DNA of 58,169 nt, the filler included, from Catajapyx aquilonaris (taxonomy: Eukaryota), in assembly GCA_000934665.2 (NCBI GenBank). It is 3 parts of 3 records of this genome, joined end to end, with 100 filler letters (N's around TTAATTAATTAA, not from the genome) between each part and the next. Parts side by side here need not be neighbours in the genome. Positions count along the whole stretch, not along the records: positions 38,870 to 58,169 come from JYFJ02006486.1; 2 more parts are not named here. The stretch is one strand, 5' to 3'. Positions 52,033-58,169 of the stretch are shown here, piece after piece (the first letter of the stretch is position 1; every line of letters begins with the position of its first letter). Under the pieces are notes generated by a model. That model was not told the origin of the DNA. It made no database searches and saw only the letters and a list, made by a program, of their open reading frames with translations. The position numbers and the translations under genes are program-made.

Positions 52033-53173
52033 ATGAAGTCCTTACTCGTATTGTTCCTTTTTGGAAGTGGCTGTGCAATCACCCTTGGTGAGAATCTATT
52101 GATATTTTGGAACTTTTAAAGCCTTTGATACTATTTTTGAAAACAATTTATCATTCATAATATTCGTAGATGAGGCGTATATGAGATGCAAGAATGTCAC
52201 TCGTGAGGACTTGGAGCCATGTTTGGTGCAACTCATCAACGACCTTCGACCACTCATTCAAAAAGGTACAAGTATTTGCATCAGTATGAGTATGAGGAAG
52301 AAAAGGACGATTAAGACTGTGAACCTCGACCTTCCAGGCATCGCACAGCTGGGGATCAAAGGTAACAAAATAAACGCCGAAACATTCAGCCATGACACTA
52401 GAGAAGGACCGAACAATTATGTGGTGATATCCTTCGACGACATGGTTATCAGAGGCTTTCGTGACTTCGAGATGAAATACCTCAAGTAAGAAACACTTTA
52501 TAAATATTGCTCTATGTTGTAATGAACAACGTGATAATCATTGTGCAGGGTGGACTACGATCAAAAGGTGGCGGCGTGGTCCGTGCTTTTTCCGAAATTG
52601 CAAGCAGTTTCACAGTACATCATGGACGCGAAAGTGCTATACTTTCCACTCTATGGAAATGGAACCGCCTGGTTGAATGCAGGTGACGTAAATTAATAAT
52701 AGCCTAATACCCACCATGTAATCAGGAAAATAATGCTACTGTACATGTGCATGTATTTCTTCAGACAATTATCAAATGAATGGCGTCTCTAAGCTGGATG
52801 TTCAGAAGATCAACGGTGACTGGCGTCTGCAGGAGACAAACACCGAAATGACCTTTGGCTACGAAAAGTCCGAGCTCAAATTCACTAACCTGTGCGATGG
52901 AAATGAGGCCATGGGTATGCGATCTTAGCCCATGAATAACTAGATAGCAAAACTAGTTATTATTGACAACACAAATTCTACGATTCCTTTGCAGAAGCAG
53001 CAGCCTCTCAGTTCTTGGAGTCCAATACCGATGCTTTGGTGAATCTGTTCAGACCTGGTGCAAAGCAAGTATTTAGACAGTTCACTGGAAATATGGTGAA
53101 CAAGGTTCTGAGCAAAATATTGCTGGAAGATTTGGCAGGAAACCAATATCTGAAGGAAGCATTTCAGTTGTAA
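52033..53173 (+). CDS. takeout/JHBP-family protein, copy G (exons 52033-52087, 52170-52265, 52338-52485, 52549-52682, 52765-52914, 52995-53173)
   Basis: MKSL-type exon 1, conserved exon lengths, intact. Confidence 0.9.
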
Positions 53174-53449
53174 ATATTTTGTATCGTCGCAGTATGTGGC
53201 TGGATATAACTATGGAAAAATAATGTATGTCTGGAAATACAGTATAATGGTATATATTCAGCTTACATAATTATCTGGACGTTATGTTCCGTCGTGCTGT
53301 TTGACATACACGACTCATTATCGAGGTTAGAAGTCCCAGTGGTTGTAATTTTCCAGATAATAAAAATATTCTACATGACCTTCAACAATGACCTTTATGA
53401 CGTCCCTCTGATCAACCACTTGTGTTTGCCAAGAGTTACTTGTGACGCT

Positions 53450-54160
53450 AACTACCATTTATGCGACGCTCGTTATACAATGGCACTTCATATGCAAACC
53501 AGATCGTATGATGACCATTCGCACCTTTTTTTTAAACACTGTGTTTGTGAAGCACATTATCTCGGTAACACTATGCTTCGGAGACGCACGATTCCTATAC
53601 TTAAATGATCGCCTAGAACCATTCTACCATCCCCATAGCGAAGGTAGATTAAATCCGAACCCTGGATACAGTACATTGATGTCAATGGTTTTTATAATAA
53701 GAATAAAAACCATATAAATATGTGTTTTTGACAGCGCACATTATCGAAATGAAGCGGAATAAATTATTAAACTCCTTCTCATTCTAATTTTTGAGCACGT
53801 TTAGACAGTAAAATAAACATAAAAAAGAAAAATTGTGTTAATAGTCCTATCAGAATTACAAAATTTGGTTCACCTGGTCCATAAATAATTGCGTACAATC
53901 ATGATGTTATAATATCACTTTTATACAATAATGAAAAGAAGGTGCCTTGACACAATGTGTAATTCGGTCGAGAGTAAATACGTTGACATTTTATACTGAC
54001 CTTCATAATATTCAGGTACCCATGGTCAACAGGGTTTCTTCAAGGTTGATGTTATTGACCTACACGTGTATACTCGTATAACTATTATTACGACACAACC
54101 TGTGGTCATGTGTAACGGGTGAAAGGCCCATCCGTCGCTGCTTCACTTCCTAGAAATGGA
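53450..54160 (+). repeat. Duplicate of about 39030-39740 (interrupted MQY-type promoter plus insert)
   Basis: Collinear, near-identical sequence, e.g. GTGAAGCACATTATCTCGGTAAC...GGAGACGCACGATTCCTATAC...GGGTTTCTTCAAGGTTGATG. Confidence 0.9.
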
Positions 54161-54465
54161 GTCCATAAATACGCAATAAATTAACATTTTGCACAATTAG
54201 GAAATAATCTATGTCTGGAAATATAGTATGGAAGATACATTACTAGAGTAACATTAGTCCTATTTATCCGAATATACCTGCCGGAAATTATCTGATGATA
54301 CTCGTATCAATACTGGCCTTTGTGACGTGTCCTGATCGACCGTTTGTCTTTGACCAAGCTTACTTGGGACGCTAATGACGGTTTATGCAACTCTCGTTAT
54401 GCAACTGAACCTGAAAATTGTAAACCGGATCGAAGGATGGCCATTCGCATCTTAGCCTCTGAGCC

Positions 54466-55978
54466 ATGCAGTACAAGATCTTTGGATTACTGCTCTGCAT
54501 TACAGGCAACGTCTTCGGCATCACACTAGGTCAGGTCAGATGGACATTACAGGGTGATATTCGTCTGATACAAGTGTCATTTTAACAGCTATTACATTTC
54601 CAGATGAGGCGTACAAGCGATGCAAGCATGTGACGCGTGAGGAATTGGAGCCATGTGTGGTGCAACTCATCAACGATCTTCGACCACTCATTCGAGCAGG
54701 TATTTCCATCAGTGAGATTTTTTTTCCAGTGAGGTAGGTGTAGTAATTTCTACGAGTTATATGCAGCAGTCTATACTATTTAAATACTCCCCCGGAGATG
54801 CTTCAATCTATGTTGCAAACTTGCCACAATGTTGAGGTAAAGCATTGTGACTTTGCGTGAAAGAACATTCTATTCAAGGAAATTGTAAGAATGAGCCAAA
54901 AACAATGAATTCATTTTATAATAGGTCCTCCCAAGCACATAAAGGATGTCATTCTCTGAATAGAAATGCATCTTCTTTATAATTATGGTCCGGAACCTTG
55001 ACCTTTCAGGTATCCCTGAGCTGGGAATCAAAGGTAGTAAAGTTTACTGCGAACCATACGGCTACGACGTGAGAGAAGGACGAGACAATTATATGGCCAC
55101 TTTCTTCGACAATATGGTTATCAGAGGATATCACGACTTCGAGATGAAGTATCTCAAGTAGGAATCAATATAAAAATGATGTAACTTATTGTAATATAGA
55201 TCCAAATCATTGGTGTTCTTTGTGCAGGGTTGTCTACGATGAAAATGTGGCGGCGTGGTCCGTGCTTTTTCCAAAAATGCATGCCACTTCCCGATACATC
55301 ATGGACGCTAAGGTGCTCTACTTTCCACTTTACGGAAATGGAACCGTTTTCACAAATATAGGTGAAGAAATTATCCCCACACTGTCATACAGAAGCTAAT
55401 AACATGCCTGCATAATTATATTTAGACAATCTTCAGTTTAATGGCATCTCTAAGCTGGATGTTAAGAAGATCAAGGGGAACTGGCGACTGCAGGAGGTTC
55501 ACACTGACTTGACCTTTGCCTACGAAAACATCGTTATTAAATTCAGCAACCTATGCGATGGAAGTGAGGCCATGGGTACGCAATCTCCTGTACTTATACG
55601 ACAAGTTTCAAAGACATTGACAACCCGAATTAAAAATATAATAGCGGTTAGGAGAAGAGTTCAAACGTCATATAACAACACTTGGAAAACAGGTGTTTGG
55701 AGTGTGTGAGGGAGGAGAAGTAAAAAGCCCTAGTGAACCCACACGAACACGGAGAGAGACACTGTGGAGTTACTGACAAGTACTGTAATTCATTTGCAGA
55801 AGCAGCAGCCTCTCAGTTCATGGAGTCCAATGTCGATGCACTGATGAACATGATGAGACCGAGTGGAAGAAAATTATTCCGAGAGTTCACTGCAAACATG
55901 GTCAACAATGTTCTGAGCAAAATATCACTGGAAGACCTCGCTGGAAGCCAATATCTGAAGGAAGCATTTGAATTGTAA
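54466..55978 (+). CDS. takeout/JHBP-family protein, copy H (exons 54466-54529, 54604-54699, 55010-55157, 55228-55361, 55426-55575, 55800-55978); closest to copy A
   Basis: MQY-type exon 1, intact. Introns 3-5 align with copy A. Confidence 0.9.
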
Positions 55979-56299
55979 ATATTCTATGTCGTCTCATGCT
56001 GAAATACATCTGGATTATTGATATTCGATTTTTGGCTTCTTGATTTGAGACATAATGAACTAACCCTGAGTTTAAAATAATATTATCACTTGATTACCAC
56101 TTGGTTAAAATATTATGTTGACTATAAAACTGACCTTTATGACGTTGGTCTTCGCCTTAATGGCTCGTTTACCTATACAAAGAGTTACTTGTGACGTTAA
56201 AGGCGGTTTATGCAACGCTTGTTATGTAACGGTCTATGAGATGCAAACCGGATCGAACCAGGATCGAACGATGACCATTCGCACCTTTGCCTCTGAGCC

Positions 56300-57753
56300 A
56301 TGCAGTGCAAGATCTTGGGATTCCTGCTTTGCATTACAGGCGGCGTCTTCGGAATCTCACTAGGTCAGGTCAGATTGATGAGTTGTACGGATAAAATTTG
56401 TGAATATGATATTAACAGTAGCGAGTTTTCCAGATGAGGCGTACAAAAGATGCAAGAATGTGACACGCGAGGAATTGGAGCCATGTCTGGTGCAACTCAT
56501 CAACGACCTCCGACCACTCATTAGAGAAGGTATTTAAATCAGTGTGAACTGAAAAAAATTCAATGTGAGGTATATGAAATTATTGGTCTAGAAGAGATTT
56601 ATTGAGGCATGGTATTGAATCCAGTCCCTTTTTTCACGAGTATGAATTCATTAGGATGTCCATGTCATGGCCAATACTGTAGTAGGCTTTAAAAAATTGA
56701 ATGTTACATAATTATATTGGCCTAAATATCAAGATCAGGATCTTGGAGAGAAATGACAGCAATGATTTAGGAGAAAATACACAGCAATAGCAAATTCATA
56801 GACCAATGTTATTGTGTGTAACGGCCAAAGCCTATTTTTGTATAGGACGATTACTGGCAAAATAAAAGAACCAGTAATTTTCCCTTACAACCTGTATAGG
56901 CTTTTGTGGTTTACCATATTTCTTCCAATACCACGCAGGCATCCCTAAGCTGGGTATCAAAGGTGACACAATAAAGGCTGAACCATTCGGGTACGACGTG
57001 AGAGAAGGTGCCAACAATTATCTGGTGTCTTCATTCGACAACATGGTGGTCAGAGGGTTACACGACTTCGAGATGAAGTACCTCAAGTACGAGTCATTTA
57101 AAAAATAATGTAAAATATTATAATGAACATCAAAATCATAGAGTTTTTTGTGCAGGGTGGACTACGATGAGAAGGTTGCGGCTTGGTCCGTGCTACTGCC
57201 GAAATTGCAAACAGTTTCACAGTACATCATGGATGCTAAAATTCTATACTTTCCGCTCTATGGAAATGGAACATGTTGGTTGAGCTCAGGTGAAGAAATA
57301 TACTGTAGTACCCACACTGTAATCGGGAAAGTAATGCAGTGTTACGTATATGCATATATTTATTCAGGCAATTTTCAATTTAATGGCATCTCCAAGCTGG
57401 ATGTTGAAAAATCAACGGGGACTGGCGTTTGCAGGAGGTTGACACTGACTTGACATTTGCGTATCAAAACATCGACGTCAAACTCACCAACCTGTGCGAT
57501 GGAAATGAAGCCATGGGTAGGCCATTAATATGTAATATTCAAGGTTTCAATAAGCAATATGATTCCTTTTGCAGAAGCAGCAGCCTCTCAGTTCGTGGAA
57601 TCCAACGTGGATGCCTTCTTCAACATCGCGAGACCGGATGTAAGAAAAATATTCCGACAGTTCACTGCAAATATGGTCAACGAGGTTCTGAGCAAAATAT
57701 CGCTGGAAGACCTGGCAGGAAGCCAATATCTGAAGAAATCGTTTGATTTGTAA
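56300..57753 (+). CDS. takeout/JHBP copy I with a 1-nt homopolymer frameshift in exon 5 (exons 56300-56363, 56434-56529, 56939-57086, 57156-57289, 57368-57516, 57575-57753)
   Basis: Exon 5 is 149 nt instead of 150: GTTGAAAAATCAAC has five A where six are needed. Otherwise intact, so either a sequencing error or a very young pseudogene. Confidence 0.7.
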
Positions 57754-58169
57754 ATGTGTTGTGTCATACCAGTTTATGGTTGGAATAAATAATGTAGCTG
57801 ATACATAATAATAAAATCCATTTTGGTTTAGTGATATTTGTTGAGACGTTTCAAGTCATTGGATTTTCAAAGATGCCCAAGACACGTTTACCATAACCAA
57901 GGAAGAATGTCCCTCTATTTCGATTGCAATGTAGTGCAAAACAGGATCACAATAACTTGAGAAAAGACACGTATTCCAGCGAAACAACAACAGCAAAATT
58001 AGTGCCTCACGATAATAAATATTTTTCTCTCATGACCTCGACTGAACCAACTTCATCATTGTCTTACTATAGTCGTCAGTTCGTCACACCTTCGGAAAAA
58101 CCTGAAAGCAGAAACCGTGCCATGAACTGTATACTACTATAGTGAGGTGAATGTAATGCCTCCTGTGGG

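Overview
Eukaryotic genomic scaffold, most likely from an insect or other pancrustacean (spliceosomal introns, tRNA-derived SINEs, takeout/JHBP genes). It contains two 100-bp scaffolding gaps. The left two-thirds is rich in transposons: a Ginger2/KRBA2-like integrase fossil, SINEs with target-site duplications, nested MITEs, an RTE-like LINE fragment, a non-autonomous Helitron and a mariner fossil. The most striking item is an intact 3-exon, 187-aa gene at 16490-17180. It keeps histone H3 tail landmarks in order (MARTKQ, PRxQ..AA, APATG, RYRPG) but has a low-complexity segment where the histone fold should be, carrying ARDS versions of the H3 ARKS motif. The right third (about 39.0-58.2 kb) is a tandem array of 6-exon secreted takeout/JHBP-family genes: six intact, two with single-base frameshifts and three remnants. 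The array has two types of promoter/first-exon module, segmental duplication, mosaic copies and locally hypervariable segments. All gene models were built by eye from splice signals and frame checks; no database searches were possible.
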